A stretch of DNA of 64,000 bases from Negativicutes bacterium (GCA_963665275.2 CAXXIN010000015.1:1-64000), one strand, 5' to 3'. Counted from the stretch's first letter, positions 30,334 to 41,001 are shown. Numbers and translations: made by a program. Notes: a model not told the origin generated them from the sequence alone.

Positions 30334-31212
30334 ATGGACGATAAGGACTGGCAGATGCTCCTCGCACTGCACGAGGAAAAAAGCATAACCAAGGCAGCAG
30401 GCAAACTATTCCTGTCACAACCCGCCCTGACATACCGTTTGGACCAGCTTGAAAAAGAAATCAATACACCGCTTTTTCTTAGAAGTAGCAGAGGGATTAG
30501 TTTCACTAGCGCAGGTGAACGATTAGTCTCTTGCGCCGAAAAAATGTTGAGAGAGTATTCGAACATAAAAAGCTATGTGACTGCCCATACGGGGTTGGTA
30601 AGCGGCCCACTGCGCATAGGATCTTCGGCAGTGATCGCTCACAATTTGCTTCCCAGTCTTCTAAAAGAGTTCCATCAAAAATATCCGGCAGTTGACATAT
30701 TTCTCTATACTGGATTAAGCAATGATATATTGGAAAAACTGCAGAAAGAAGTGGTTGCTATCGCTATCATTCGTGGCGACCATCCTTGGAGTGAGGCGGA
30801 TATCCTGTTGCAAAATGAGCCCCTCTGCATTATTTCCGCAGAACCATTACCGCTGGCCGATCTCCCTTGCATTCCCGGAATTTCCTATCATACTGATCCA
30901 ACAATCAACTATCAAATTGATAAATGGTGGAAAGAAAATTACGATGTCCCCCCGAAAATCCTCATGAAAGTGGATAGCGTATATACTTGCCGACAGTTGG
31001 TATTAGCGGGATTAGGTTGGGCAATTATGCCAACATTGCGTCTTCCTGAGCATTCAGACGGTTTATTTGTAACCGAACTCAGAGATAGCAAGAATGAGCT
31101 CTACCTGCGCCCAACACGACTTATCTATCGAAACGCCGCGAAAGAACTCGATGCGGTCAACGCATTTATTGATTTTATCTGCGAAAAATTCAAGCAAAAC
31201 ATTCATATTTAG
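30334..31212 (+). CDS. LysR family regulator
   Basis: SITKAAGKLFLSQPALT HTH; divergent from the catabolic operon. Confidence 0.95.
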   Translation: MDDKDWQMLLALHEEKSITKAAGKLFLSQPALTYRLDQLEKEINTPLFLRSSRGISFTSAGERLVSCAEKMLREYSNIKSYVTAHTGLVSGPLRIGSSAVIAHNLLPSLLKEFHQKYPAVDIFLYTGLSNDILEKLQKEVVAIAIIRGDHPWSEADILLQNEPLCIISAEPLPLADLPCIPGISYHTDPTINYQIDKWWKENYDVPPKILMKVDSVYTCRQLVLAGLGWAIMPTLRLPEHSDGLFVTELRDSKNELYLRPTRLIYRNAAKELDAVNAFIDFICEKFKQNIHI

Positions 31213-31285
31213 CCCATTACAAAAAAAAAATAGGGGCTGTCTCAAGCAGGTTAAAAAACCTTTTTGTGACAGTCCCTATTTATTT

Positions 31286-31649
31286 GGCTGTGAGTGTTCA
31301 GTAAGCCGGGTCCTGTACCGCTTATGCGGCAGCGATCATCTATCTGGGCCGACGGTTGCCCGGCGGCTCTAGCGACGCAACCCGGAAGGTTCAGCGGGCA
31401 GCTTCATACCTTCCCTATTTGGTCTTGCTCCGGGTGGGGTTTACCTAGCCGGCCGGTCACCCGGCCGCTGGTGCGCTCTTACCGCACCGTTGCATCCTTA
31501 CCGGCCCGAGAGCCGGCGGTCTTCATTTCTGTGGCACTGGCCCTAAGGTCGCCCTCGCTGGACGTTATCCAGCACCCTGCCCTATGGAGCCCGGACTTTC
31601 CTCGACCGCCTCATGCGTGCGGCCGCGATCGCCTTTCCCACTCACAGCC
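31286..31649 (-). ncRNA. rnpB: RNase P RNA, type A
   Basis: GAGGAAAGTCCGGGCTC, AGTGCCACAGAAA, GGTAAACCCC, ACAGGACCCGGCTTA; closing helix ggctgtgag/ctcacagcc. Confidence 0.97.
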
Positions 31650-31695
31650 AAAATCTATGTTCGGGGTTATAGAATATCATAACGAGCCGCTGGGG

Positions 31696-32652
31696 TCAAA
31701 CCCGGATCATGTACCCCATCATCTTGTTGAAACTCCAACCCTGCGCATCTTTTTCCGTAGTTTCGTCGAACTGCTGCAGCACCGCGTTCAGTTCATCCGC
31801 ATAGTGAACGATCACCGCTTCCCGCGTCGCACAACGGACAGGTGAGCCTTTTTCGCGCTCGCCGTGGTGAGAAAGGATAACATGGATCAGCGACTTGCGG
31901 TCTGCTTCCGACAGAAACTGGACCTTCCCCGCCGCAGCCTCAATGATGAGAGCACCAGCTGTGATGTGCCCCAGCAGATGCCCTGAGTCGGTGTAGGAAA
32001 ACCCGATGTCGGAAGAAATCTCCTCGGTCTTGCCGATGTCATGCAGCAACGCGCCGGCGATCACCATGTCCCGGTCGACGCCCGGTACGGTACCCACGAT
32101 GGCTACCGCGGTTTCAGCCACATCCACCGTATGCTCCAGCAGTCCGCCGATATAAGCGTGATGAAAACGCTTGGCCGCCGGGTTCCGGATGAATTGCTCC
32201 CAGCGGGAGCCGCTGAAGATTTCGCCCAGCAATGCGCGCAGCGGCGGGCGACTCACCTGCGCCACCAATTTATTCAGTTTGGTTTTGTACGCCTCCATAT
32301 CTTTGGAAGCCGCCGGCAATAAGTGGGATACGTCTTTTCCCGCCGGGATCAGATCGATATAGTCAGCCAGGAACTGCAGTTTGCCGTCTCCGCCGTACCG
32401 ATCCGCCTGAATCTGGCCGCTGGCCACGACCGGCGCCGCTGAAGTCAGTTCTTTCACCCGCGCCACAGATTCGGCGTTGAAACAAATGAAGCCCATCGAA
32501 CCGCTCGGATCTTCCACCGAGCCCCGGACGAACCAGGATCCGTTCGCGGACTGCGAACTCTTCTGAACCCAGAGAATCATCTCCTGATGATCCAATTTAT
32601 TTCCTACCCGCAGTTCGGCTAATTTCACGCACATCACCATTCCTGTTTCCAT
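31696..32652 (-). CDS. yhaM: YhaM/Cbf-type 3'-5' exoribonuclease (OB + HD)
   Basis: PAAKRFHHAY.GGLLEH, LLHDIGK, ILSHHG. Confidence 0.85.
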   Translation of the reverse strand: METGMVMCVKLAELRVGNKLDHQEMILWVQKSSQSANGSWFVRGSVEDPSGSMGFICFNAESVARVKELTSAAPVVASGQIQADRYGGDGKLQFLADYIDLIPAGKDVSHLLPAASKDMEAYKTKLNKLVAQVSRPPLRALLGEIFSGSRWEQFIRNPAAKRFHHAYIGGLLEHTVDVAETAVAIVGTVPGVDRDMVIAGALLHDIGKTEEISSDIGFSYTDSGHLLGHITAGALIIEAAAGKVQFLSEADRKSLIHVILSHHGEREKGSPVRCATREAVIVHYADELNAVLQQFDETTEKDAQGWSFNKMMGYMIRV

Positions 32653-32755
32653 ATTCCAAACATACGAAAAGCGCGGCTGAAACGGTCAGAACGCGCTTTT
32701 TCCTTGTTTCATCTCATATTGTATCTTTTTTATGGTCCAACCGTCAAATCCAATC

Positions 32756-34099
32756 TTACACCAAAACGATCTTCAAAATGTAGACTACCGCCATGCCCAC
32801 CAGTCCCTGTACCAAGGTGCCCAGCGTCTGGCACTTGTAGGCGATGTCGACTTTCAGGCCGGAGAACTGCGACACGACCCAGAAGTAAGAGTCATTCGCA
32901 TGCGAAACGATCATGGAGCCGCAGCCGACCGACATGGTGGCAAGCACCGCGCCCATCGGACTGGCCAGGCCCAGTGAACCCAGCAGCGGATACACGATGG
33001 TGGATGTCGTGATCAGTGCGACAGTAGACGAGCCTTGGGCCGTCTTGAGAGCTGCGGCAATGATGAACGGCAGGAATATCCCCAAGTTGTAGCTCGCCAG
33101 ACTGCTGCCCAGATAATCGGCGATTTTGCTGGCGGCCAGCAAAGCGCCGAGGGAACCGCCTGCAGCGGTGATCATGATAATAGCGGCTGAATCGCGGAGA
33201 CCCTCACCCATCCAGCCGGACAGCACCTCTTCATTGAGTTTCGGCACCAGGAACAAGCACAGCACAACGCCGAAAAGCAGTGAAACTGTTGGCTCGCCGA
33301 CAAAATCGATCGCAACCTTCAGTTCGCCTTTGCCAAAGGGTAAACTGGGGAAGTTAGCGACGGATTTCAAAGCGATCAACAGAATGGGCAGAATCAACGG
33401 TGCAAAGGCAGCTGTGGCGCTCGGCAAACTCTTGAATTTCTCCAACAACTCCTCATAGGTGACCGATGTATCGGCTTTCACGTCATATTGGCTGGCAAAT
33501 TTAATCGCCCAGAGATAGCCGGCATAGGCCACCGGCACAGCTACGATCAAGCCTAAAACGATGACCATGCCCAGATCGGCCTTCAGATTGTTGGCGGCAG
33601 CGATCGGCCCGGGAGTAGGCGGCACCAGCGTATGGGTCGCATATAATCCGGTGGAAAGCGCTGTAGCCATGACAGCCATGGAAACGCCGGATTTCTTGGA
33701 CAACGACTTATTCAGTGCGGACAGAATAACGAAACCGGAGTCGCAAAAAACCGGAATGGAGGTGATATAGCCGATGATCGTCATGGCCAGTGCCGGACGT
33801 TTGGGTCCGACCCAGTTCAAAACGGTTTCGGCCATGGTCAGCGCCGCACCGGTCTTTTCCAGCATGACCCCGATGATCGTGCCGAATATGATGACGAGGC
33901 CAATCCTTTCGACGGTACCGCCGAAGCCTTTCATGATCGTCTGTGTGACGACCACCGGATTCATGAAGGTTGCAAATCCGACGAAAAATGACGCGATGAT
34001 CAAGGAAAGGAATGCGTGAACCTTGTACTTGGAAATCAACAAAACGATCATTACGATGGCGATGACGAGAATGACCAGCAGCATGGGTCCTTGAACCAT
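32756..34099 (-). CDS. GntP family permease (glycerate/sugar-acid type)
   Basis: IPVFCDSGF, LVPPTPGP, KTAQGSSTVA, SHANDSYFW. Confidence 0.92.
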   Translation of the reverse strand: MVQGPMLLVILVIAIVMIVLLISKYKVHAFLSLIIASFFVGFATFMNPVVVTQTIMKGFGGTVERIGLVIIFGTIIGVMLEKTGAALTMAETVLNWVGPKRPALAMTIIGYITSIPVFCDSGFVILSALNKSLSKKSGVSMAVMATALSTGLYATHTLVPPTPGPIAAANNLKADLGMVIVLGLIVAVPVAYAGYLWAIKFASQYDVKADTSVTYEELLEKFKSLPSATAAFAPLILPILLIALKSVANFPSLPFGKGELKVAIDFVGEPTVSLLFGVVLCLFLVPKLNEEVLSGWMGEGLRDSAAIIMITAAGGSLGALLAASKIADYLGSSLASYNLGIFLPFIIAAALKTAQGSSTVALITTSTIVYPLLGSLGLASPMGAVLATMSVGCGSMIVSHANDSYFWVVSQFSGLKVDIAYKCQTLGTLVQGLVGMAVVYILKIVLV

Positions 34100-34231
34100 A
34101 ATTCGAAACCTCCCTTTCAACTATAAATGGGGTGAGTCGAGATCCTGACCGGCCTTGGCAAAGCCTTACAAGAATCATAATTATGGATTTATTTTCAAAA
34201 TCCTGCTGAAATTCTCAGATTATTTTGTTTT

Positions 34232-35371
34232 TTACAAAACGATGCAAACCCGCAGGATTCTGCAGAGGCGTGCTGTAGCTTCTTCGATGAGCGAATCTCC
34301 GCTCTTCATACAGTCCTCCAGTGAAATGGGGCCGCTGCAGATGCTCATGGTCGCGTCAATTCCCTGCTCCAATACATCATCCGCTCCGTCGCCGAGTCCG
34401 CCGGAAATGCAAAAAACCGGCACGCCGAATTGTTTCGCCACTTTGGCCACGCCGACCGGCGCTTTGCCGAACGCCGTCTGAAAATCTGTCCGCCCTTCGC
34501 CAGTGATGACAAATACAGCCTCTTTGACTACCTCCGCGAAATTGACGGCCTCTAGCACGATTTCCACACCCGGCTTCAGTTTCGCCGGCGTGAAGAACAT
34601 CAACCCGGCGCCCAGTCCACCGGCAGCTCCGGCTCCCGGCAGCTTGGCCACATCACGTCCGGTCGCCGATGCCGCACACTGGGAAAAATGCATCAGAGCC
34701 GCATCCAGCTCACGCACCACTTCCGGCGTAGCGCCTTTTTGCGGACCGAAGACCGCCGACGCGCCGCGCACCCCGCACAGGGGATTATCTACGTCGCAGG
34801 CCACCGTGATTTCCGTCTCCTGCAATCGCGGGTCCAGTCCAGTCAAGTCGATCTTTGTCAGGTGTATGAGCGAACCGCCGCCTGGCGGCAGCTCTGTTCC
34901 TTCCTTGGACAGGAACTTGGCCCCCAGCGCCCGTGCCATGCCGATCCCGCCGTCATTGGTTGCACTGCCGCCGATCCCGAGAATGATCCGCCTGAGACCC
35001 GCATCCAGCGCAGCCCGCACGAGTTCCCCCGTGCCATAAGTCGTCGTGACTAGCGGATTGCGCTTGTCTTTGGGAACTAGCGGCAGACCGGATGCAGCCG
35101 CCATTTCGATCACGGCCGTCCTGCCGTCGCCGAGAATACCCCAGCAGGCTTTCAGAGGTTCGCCCAGCGGCCCCCGGACTTCGGTGAATCGCAGTTCCCC
35201 CTGCGTTGCGGTTACCAGTGCTTCCACGGTTCCTTCGCCGCCGTCGGCGATCGGAATTTTGCACACTTCCATATTCGGGAAAACTCTCAATATGCCACGT
35301 TCCATGGCTTCTGCAACACCCACAGCCGATACGCTGCCCTTGTAAGAATCCGGCGCCACAACTACACGCAT
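34232..35371 (-). CDS. glxK: Glycerate kinase (GlxK/GarK family)
   Basis: APDSYKGS, ADGGEGT, GGSATNDGG, GAGAAGGLG, TGEG. Confidence 0.93.
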   Translation of the reverse strand: MRVVVAPDSYKGSVSAVGVAEAMERGILRVFPNMEVCKIPIADGGEGTVEALVTATQGELRFTEVRGPLGEPLKACWGILGDGRTAVIEMAAASGLPLVPKDKRNPLVTTTYGTGELVRAALDAGLRRIILGIGGSATNDGGIGMARALGAKFLSKEGTELPPGGGSLIHLTKIDLTGLDPRLQETEITVACDVDNPLCGVRGASAVFGPQKGATPEVVRELDAALMHFSQCAASATGRDVAKLPGAGAAGGLGAGLMFFTPAKLKPGVEIVLEAVNFAEVVKEAVFVITGEGRTDFQTAFGKAPVGVAKVAKQFGVPVFCISGGLGDGADDVLEQGIDATMSICSGPISLEDCMKSGDSLIEEATARLCRILRVCIVL

Positions 35372-35472
35372 GCAAACTTCCTCCATATTCTCATATTGGT
35401 GAAAAATTCCGACACGACTATTTTTCGACGCCAATAGAGCAATTGCCTGCCGGAAATAAAACGAATTGTTAA

Positions 35473-36504
35473 TCAGGGTCTTAGAAGTATTTTCAGGGCT
35501 TGACCAGACTCCAGCAAGGCGAAGGCTTCCTCAAACTTCTCCAAAGGAAGGATATGGCTGACACAAGCTGAGACATCAAGCCCCGCGTTCAATAAACCGT
35601 TCATCACTTTCCATGTTTGATACATCTCGCGGCCACTAATGCCATACATATTCACGCCGCGGTAAAATAATTCAGTAAAGTTAATGGGAACTTCACGTGA
35701 AGGCAAGCCGGCGATAACCATTTCGCCGCCAGCCCTAACATACTTTGTAGCTTTCTGTATCCCAGAAACATTACCGGAGAATTCCATTACCACATCAACA
35801 CCCAAGCCGTCACTGTTTTCCAGAATCCGTTGGACAACCTCTTCCTGCAGCGGATTTACAACTAAATTTGCGCCCATTTCATAGGCCACTTTCGCTCGAT
35901 ATTCGTTGGGTTCAATGCATATGATTTTTCCGGCGCCCATTTTTTTCACTATGGCGGTAGCCATGAGTCCGATAGGTCCGCAACCAACGATCGCTATCGT
36001 TTTTCCGCCGATCGGGCATTTTGTCGCAGCATAGACTGCCGTACCCAGCGGTTCCAGCATGGCATTATTCTCTTCAGAAACCAGCGGATTACACACCATT
36101 GCGTTTTCCGCCGGAATGGTTACATATTCAGCAAAACAGCCGTCGAAATGAACCCCAATTGCTCTTGTATTGATGCACAAATTGTCTTTTCCGTCCAAAC
36201 ACAAGGGGCAGGTGTGGCAAGCAACGTGACTTTCCGCTGAAACAAGCTCTCCAAGGCGCGATTCTTTTACGCCGACACCGACCTCAACAATTTCTCCACA
36301 GAATTCATGCCCCATGATAACCGGCGGCTTCATCCGCTTGGCTGCAAACTCCGCCCATTCTTTGATATGCAAATCGGTTCCGCAGATTGCTGCGAGATGT
36401 ACTTTAATAAGCACTTCACCTGATGCAGGCGATGGTATTGGTTTTTCCTGCAGTTCAACGTGCCCTGGTCCCGAATTTGTTTTTACTAAACATTTCATAT
36501 TCAT
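35473..36504 (-). CDS. tdh: Zn-dependent dehydrogenase, L-threonine 3-dehydrogenase-like
   Basis: AICGTDLHI, GHEF, SAESH.AC..C..C, GCGPIG, YGISGREMYQTW. Confidence 0.75.
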   Translation of the reverse strand: MNMKCLVKTNSGPGHVELQEKPIPSPASGEVLIKVHLAAICGTDLHIKEWAEFAAKRMKPPVIMGHEFCGEIVEVGVGVKESRLGELVSAESHVACHTCPLCLDGKDNLCINTRAIGVHFDGCFAEYVTIPAENAMVCNPLVSEENNAMLEPLGTAVYAATKCPIGGKTIAIVGCGPIGLMATAIVKKMGAGKIICIEPNEYRAKVAYEMGANLVVNPLQEEVVQRILENSDGLGVDVVMEFSGNVSGIQKATKYVRAGGEMVIAGLPSREVPINFTELFYRGVNMYGISGREMYQTWKVMNGLLNAGLDVSACVSHILPLEKFEEAFALLESGQALKILLRP

Positions 36505-36598
36505 AATGTGACTTGCAACCCCTTTCAAATCCTACTAATTACTTCTGGTTAATGTACCATATCCCTCTTTTGGACTTCAGAAAAAAGCAGGGATGAGC

Positions 36599-36622
36599 AA
36601 AAAAAAACGCTGCCGAGCAGCG
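36599..36622 (-). terminator. Intrinsic terminator ending the aco-lip operon
   Basis: Minus strand CGCTGC-TCG-GCAGCG followed by a T run. Confidence 0.6.
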
Positions 36623-36821
36623 CCAGACTGTAGACCATAACCTCAAAAAGCTGAATATTTTCTGCCCAAAATCTTGAAACAAAGGAGCGCATTGCATCAT
36701 CAAAAATGTTTCCGAGAATATTCGACACTATCTCTGAGAGAAAGGCGGCGGTGTTCATATCTCCAGGCGAGGGCTCGCTATCAAATGGCCTCCAAAAGCG
36801 AAATGAAGCTTGAAATGCATG

Positions 36822-37700
36822 TCACGTCCCGCAGCAACTTTCTCGATATGTTATTTGATATCTGAGCGAGCGCACATAGGAAACCGTTTCGTCGGCAGGA
36901 TAAGCGATGGCGGCAAATCCGGCATCCACAGCCAGAAGTTCAACCGCACGGGCGTAATTCCCTGGCGGGCGCGCACAGCCCAGCATAAGCGGCAAATCAG
37001 GCAACTTCTCTCTGGCAACTGTGAACAAATTTTTGATTTCCAGCGGATCAGGCGGTGCCACCGCCTGCATCTTCGTCCCTGCCAACGGTTGCAATACTAC
37101 GAATATCAGACAGGATGCGCCTTCGGCGGCCACCATATCAATTGCCGCGTATTCGCCGCGTAATTCGCCATAATGCAGTCCTGCGACGATATGCGGCATC
37201 GCCCGCAACCCGGCCTTGCGCGCAGTTCGAAGACTACGGAGATAATGCTCTGGAGTCCGTTCCAAATGATACACTCTCCTGATGGTTTCAGGATCGCCGA
37301 TCAAATCGAGGGCCACTCCAGCGACGTTTGCCTCTGCCAACACCATAGCGGTCTTTTCATCAAGGAGGCCCGGATGAACGATGACCGACAGACCCATTTT
37401 TACAACTTCCTGTAAGGCAGCACCAAACGGAACAAGTGGCACGCTGCCATCACAGCAGGCGCCACCGCTGATCAGCACACCACGGCAGCCTTCCCTGCAA
37501 AGTTTTTCGGCCACCTGCACGAGCGCCGCAGGCGTCGGCGCTGCCAGCATATTCCGTAGCAACTGCCCCTCGCAATGGTCGCAAAGACAGCCGCACTCAG
37601 TTCCCGAAATGCTGATATTGGCGAACGAAGACGGTTTATTGACATAAAATTCGTTGTCATAGTGGCGCGAACCCGGAACATAAAAAGTGAATTCAGTCAC
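36822..37700 (-). CDS. lipS1: Radical SAM lipoyl synthase subunit LipS1
   Basis: CxxxCxxC (CGCLCDHC), GCAR motif and C-terminal CC, as described for LipS1; lies in a lipoate cluster. Confidence 0.8.
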   Translation of the reverse strand: MTEFTFYVPGSRHYDNEFYVNKPSSFANISISGTECGCLCDHCEGQLLRNMLAAPTPAALVQVAEKLCREGCRGVLISGGACCDGSVPLVPFGAALQEVVKMGLSVIVHPGLLDEKTAMVLAEANVAGVALDLIGDPETIRRVYHLERTPEHYLRSLRTARKAGLRAMPHIVAGLHYGELRGEYAAIDMVAAEGASCLIFVVLQPLAGTKMQAVAPPDPLEIKNLFTVAREKLPDLPLMLGCARPPGNYARAVELLAVDAGFAAIAYPADETVSYVRSLRYQITYRESCCGT

Positions 37701-38763
37701 GCCATATTTCTCCTTTGATCGTTATCAAATCGTTCTCATCCGGCCAAAACGGATAGTTACGTAGAACAGGGCCGGGCCGTTCATTGCCAAAAGGTCGGTT
37801 GCAGGCCAAACACCCCTGTCGGTCAGGACAGCCGGATGTCATGAACGGTTTTCCTGCTGCCAGATCCTCGCCCAACAAATCCTGCAACGGCTGACCAAAG
37901 CCTGTGATTCTGCCTTTGTCGAACGTTATCGCATCGCACCCAATCTGGCAATTATTCAGCAAGTGCGCGGCCAGTTGAATCCTTCGATAATGGCTGTTAG
38001 AAGGGGGTAAACGGTTCGATAGAGCACTTCCGGGTTCCGGGCAGAAGGAAAACAAATGGGCCTGCGCGCCGCAGTATCTGGCTTGGGCAATGGCCTGAAC
38101 CATTTCCTGCTCGGTTTCTCCCAAGCCGACGATGAAATGAACGCTGACATGATCGCGTCCAAACACCCTCACCGCACTTTCCAGCGCCATCCAATATTTT
38201 TCCCAGCGATGGGGACCGCCCACCGTCATTCCGCGCATCGCCTCAAATAGTTCGGGGGTCGCCGCATCGACAGCGACTCCCACCCAATCCGCACCCGCTT
38301 CTTTTAGCTTGCGGAAAAACGCCTCGGTATCGTGCACCAAAGTCGGCGATACCAATACACTGACCGGCGCTCCGACAGGAGAGGCGAGCCGTCGCACCAT
38401 CTCCACGCAATCAGTTTCCGCCCGCGGATGCGTGATCATTGACACGCAAATGCGACCGATTCTTTTCACCCCAGCTGCGGCTTCCCGCGGTGGATGAGTC
38501 AGAATCTCAACTATTTTCGCCAACTCATATACTGGCCATTTTACTCGGATGAAGGTAGAGTTTTCCGGCTGGGCCTGCCTTTCCCTGGCCAATCCGCAAT
38601 AGCTGCAGTTGGCCTTACATCCGTCCGGATAGGTCATCAGCAAATTCAAACTTCCGGGATAAGCGTTGCGATAAAAGCTTCCCCGCTCCAACCCGAGCGC
38701 CATTGCACCAGCCAAGCTGGTCTGCACGAAATCAGGACTTTCGATTACATGTGACGATTGCAC
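37693..38763 (-). CDS. lipS2: Radical SAM lipoyl synthase subunit LipS2
   Basis: CKANCSYC; C-terminal TSGCP....ACNRP motif of LipS2. Confidence 0.8.
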   Translation of the reverse strand: MQSSHVIESPDFVQTSLAGAMALGLERGSFYRNAYPGSLNLLMTYPDGCKANCSYCGLARERQAQPENSTFIRVKWPVYELAKIVEILTHPPREAAAGVKRIGRICVSMITHPRAETDCVEMVRRLASPVGAPVSVLVSPTLVHDTEAFFRKLKEAGADWVGVAVDAATPELFEAMRGMTVGGPHRWEKYWMALESAVRVFGRDHVSVHFIVGLGETEQEMVQAIAQARYCGAQAHLFSFCPEPGSALSNRLPPSNSHYRRIQLAAHLLNNCQIGCDAITFDKGRITGFGQPLQDLLGEDLAAGKPFMTSGCPDRQGCLACNRPFGNERPGPVLRNYPFWPDENDLITIKGEIWRD

Positions 38764-38801
38764 GAACTAGCCCCCTATCTATCATCAGCATACTGCGAAA
38801 T

Positions 38802-39878
38802 CTACTTCGCATAATACTCGGGAAAAGCGACCCAACTGCGGCGGATAAGTCCGGAAAATTTATGATGGTCATCTGTCCATCCCCGCTCACGGGCAAGGAA
38901 GCGGCTATGCGCCCTGGCAAGAGATTCTCCGTATTCCGCCTTCAAGATTCGGGTGTAATTTTCAGCCAGCGCAGAACCGCCAGTCTTCTTTTGATCCAGA
39001 ACAGCTTCTGCGGCTAGCTTTCCACTGACAACTGCGGCAGCAATTCCGGCCCCGGTGATCGGATGTGTGCATCCTGCAGCGTCTCCGGCCAGCAACATAT
39101 GATCGCCTGCCAGATGGTCAACCAGGCCTGCCGCCGGAATCAATCCCCCTGTTGTCCTGTGTACTGCGCTGTCTCGCACAACTTGTGCAGAGACTAACTC
39201 ACGGCAAAACTTTCCGAGCAGTTCCTGCAGAGATCCGTTCAAAGATGCATGAACTGCCATACCAACATTGGCCGAAGCCCCTTTGGGAAAAACCCAGGCA
39301 TAGCCACCATAATAGGTCGGATCGAAGTAGATGTGCGCAAATTCCAGTGGTCCCGCCAGGCCGATCTCATATTGCATAGCCACACAACTCTCAGTTGGAT
39401 GGTTGCCCAGTTTCAGGCTGATTACCGAGCGCGGCCCGTCGCAGCCAACGATATAATCGGCAGTTACGGTCGCATGGCCGGCGCCATTTTGCAATGTAAC
39501 CGTTCGCGAACCTGCATCTGTCACCCGTACTCCGGTCATGAGGCGTACCCCGGCGCGGACTGCTTCATCGGCCAGATGGTTCTCCCAGGAACCCCGATTG
39601 ATCGTAAAGCCAGGCGCCCGCGTTACTTGAACGAGTTCACCCTGAATAAACGTTTTAATTCCCTTCAATGTCTGCGCCACATCAGCGTCTCGTAGCGAGA
39701 CATATTTTTTCAGGATACTCGGTACATACTCTGCGCACTGGATGTTTTCACCAACTGATTGCTGCTGCTCGATCAGCAGTACTTTCAACCCTGCCTCGGC
39801 TAACCGTCGCGCAGCACAGCTTCCTGCAGGACCCGCTCCCACAACTGCCGCATCATAATCCGTCGGCACAGTTCTCAT
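38802..39878 (-). CDS. Geranylgeranyl-reductase-like FAD oxidoreductase (LipT-like)
   Basis: GAGPAG, GCDG, GYAWVFPKG, GDAAG..HPITGAGI; adjacent to lipS1/lipS2. Confidence 0.78.
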   Translation of the reverse strand: MRTVPTDYDAAVVGAGPAGSCAARRLAEAGLKVLLIEQQQSVGENIQCAEYVPSILKKYVSLRDADVAQTLKGIKTFIQGELVQVTRAPGFTINRGSWENHLADEAVRAGVRLMTGVRVTDAGSRTVTLQNGAGHATVTADYIVGCDGPRSVISLKLGNHPTESCVAMQYEIGLAGPLEFAHIYFDPTYYGGYAWVFPKGASANVGMAVHASLNGSLQELLGKFCRELVSAQVVRDSAVHRTTGGLIPAAGLVDHLAGDHMLLAGDAAGCTHPITGAGIAAAVVSGKLAAEAVLDQKKTGGSALAENYTRILKAEYGESLARAHSRFLARERGWTDDHHKFSGLIRRSWVAFPEYYAK

Positions 39879-41001
39879 AATATCCTCCCTGCCCATCGCG
39901 GATGCTCGCCTTGCCATTGCTTGATCGTTCCACCGCCAGCAGCATGACCGCGATAAAATCCTCGGCGGTAACTCCCAAGATGTGAACGTCTCCCTTTGCA
40001 AAAAAAGCACGGATTCTCTCACTAATTTGATTACCACAGACAGGAGTGTTTTTCAGCACCGTTTCCAGGTCGTTGACAGCCCTGGTCGGATAAGCGAAAA
40101 AATCGCCGCTAATCATAACGTATTTAATGACGCGAACGTCTTCGTCCAATCTCATTTGAACCCGGATCAGCCCGCCAGGCGCCTTGTAATTGACTGTACT
40201 ATCCATCGTGTTGACGACTCCGCTACTTTTACCGTACACCCAGTCATCCGATTGGAAATACGGCAGAGTTTCTGCCAACATGGATTCCTCCTGCGCCGTC
40301 AGCTTTCCGCGAACCATTTCATAACCCAGTGTTTCTGCAAACCCATTTAAGATCTCCTGCTTGATTGTGTCGAGTGGGGGCGCCGTGCCCAGCTGTTCGC
40401 TGATGGAAGTGACCCGTCCGCGCATGGAGGAAATCGCCTTATCGCTAATTTTTTCTATCGGGAATCGCAGCACCCGCAACATTTCATCCACATCAAAATC
40501 CACCAACAGGCTGCATTGAAAGACAAAAGACCCTTCCAACTCCGTCCCGCCTGTTCCCGAAATCTTTCTGCCGTTGATTTCGATATCGTTCACCGGCCGA
40601 TAGGCTGCACGCATCCCCAACCTGTTCAGACCTGCCACCATTGCCTCACAGAGCACTCTGTACATGCCTTCTACCCTCCGAGGAATACCTGGAGTGTTTT
40701 TTGCCGCATACAATTCCCAGCCAAGTTCCAGCGGACCCCAATACAAATTGCCTCCACCCGTGATCCGGCGATTGATGTCGATGCCCTTCTCCTGGCAATA
40801 TGGCACATTTACTTCCAAAAATACATTTTGGTGGAGTCCGACCAAAGCGCAGGGTTTGAACTGCAAAAACCGGAAGGTGTTGGGGATTAGCCCGCGGCTG
40901 TGAGCGTTCACGATCACCTGATCCAATGCCATATGTTCCGCCGCAGTGCGTGGCGGTGAATCCAGAACTCTTAACTTCTTGCCACTCCCGACGTCAAGCA
41001 T
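39853..41001 (-). CDS. Lipoate-protein ligase with C-terminal accessory domain, Lpl(AB)
   Basis: MALD, RRITGGG, KISGTG; YKAPGGLIRV..SGDFF accessory domain. Confidence 0.88.
   Translation of the reverse strand: MLDVGSGKKLRVLDSPPRTAAEHMALDQVIVNAHSRGLIPNTFRFLQFKPCALVGLHQNVFLEVNVPYCQEKGIDINRRITGGGNLYWGPLELGWELYAAKNTPGIPRRVEGMYRVLCEAMVAGLNRLGMRAAYRPVNDIEINGRKISGTGGTELEGSFVFQCSLLVDFDVDEMLRVLRFPIEKISDKAISSMRGRVTSISEQLGTAPPLDTIKQEILNGFAETLGYEMVRGKLTAQEESMLAETLPYFQSDDWVYGKSSGVVNTMDSTVNYKAPGGLIRVQMRLDEDVRVIKYVMISGDFFAYPTRAVNDLETVLKNTPVCGNQISERIRAFFAKGDVHILGVTAEDFIAVMLLAVERSSNGKASIRDGQGGYYENCADGL

Noticed and set aside
31294-31845. 183-aa ORF
   Set aside because: Antisense to the RNase P RNA; spurious.
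36549-36800. 69-aa ORF or glycine riboswitch upstream of tdh
   Set aside because: The ORF crosses a terminator and has no motif; the riboswitch consensus is not matched.
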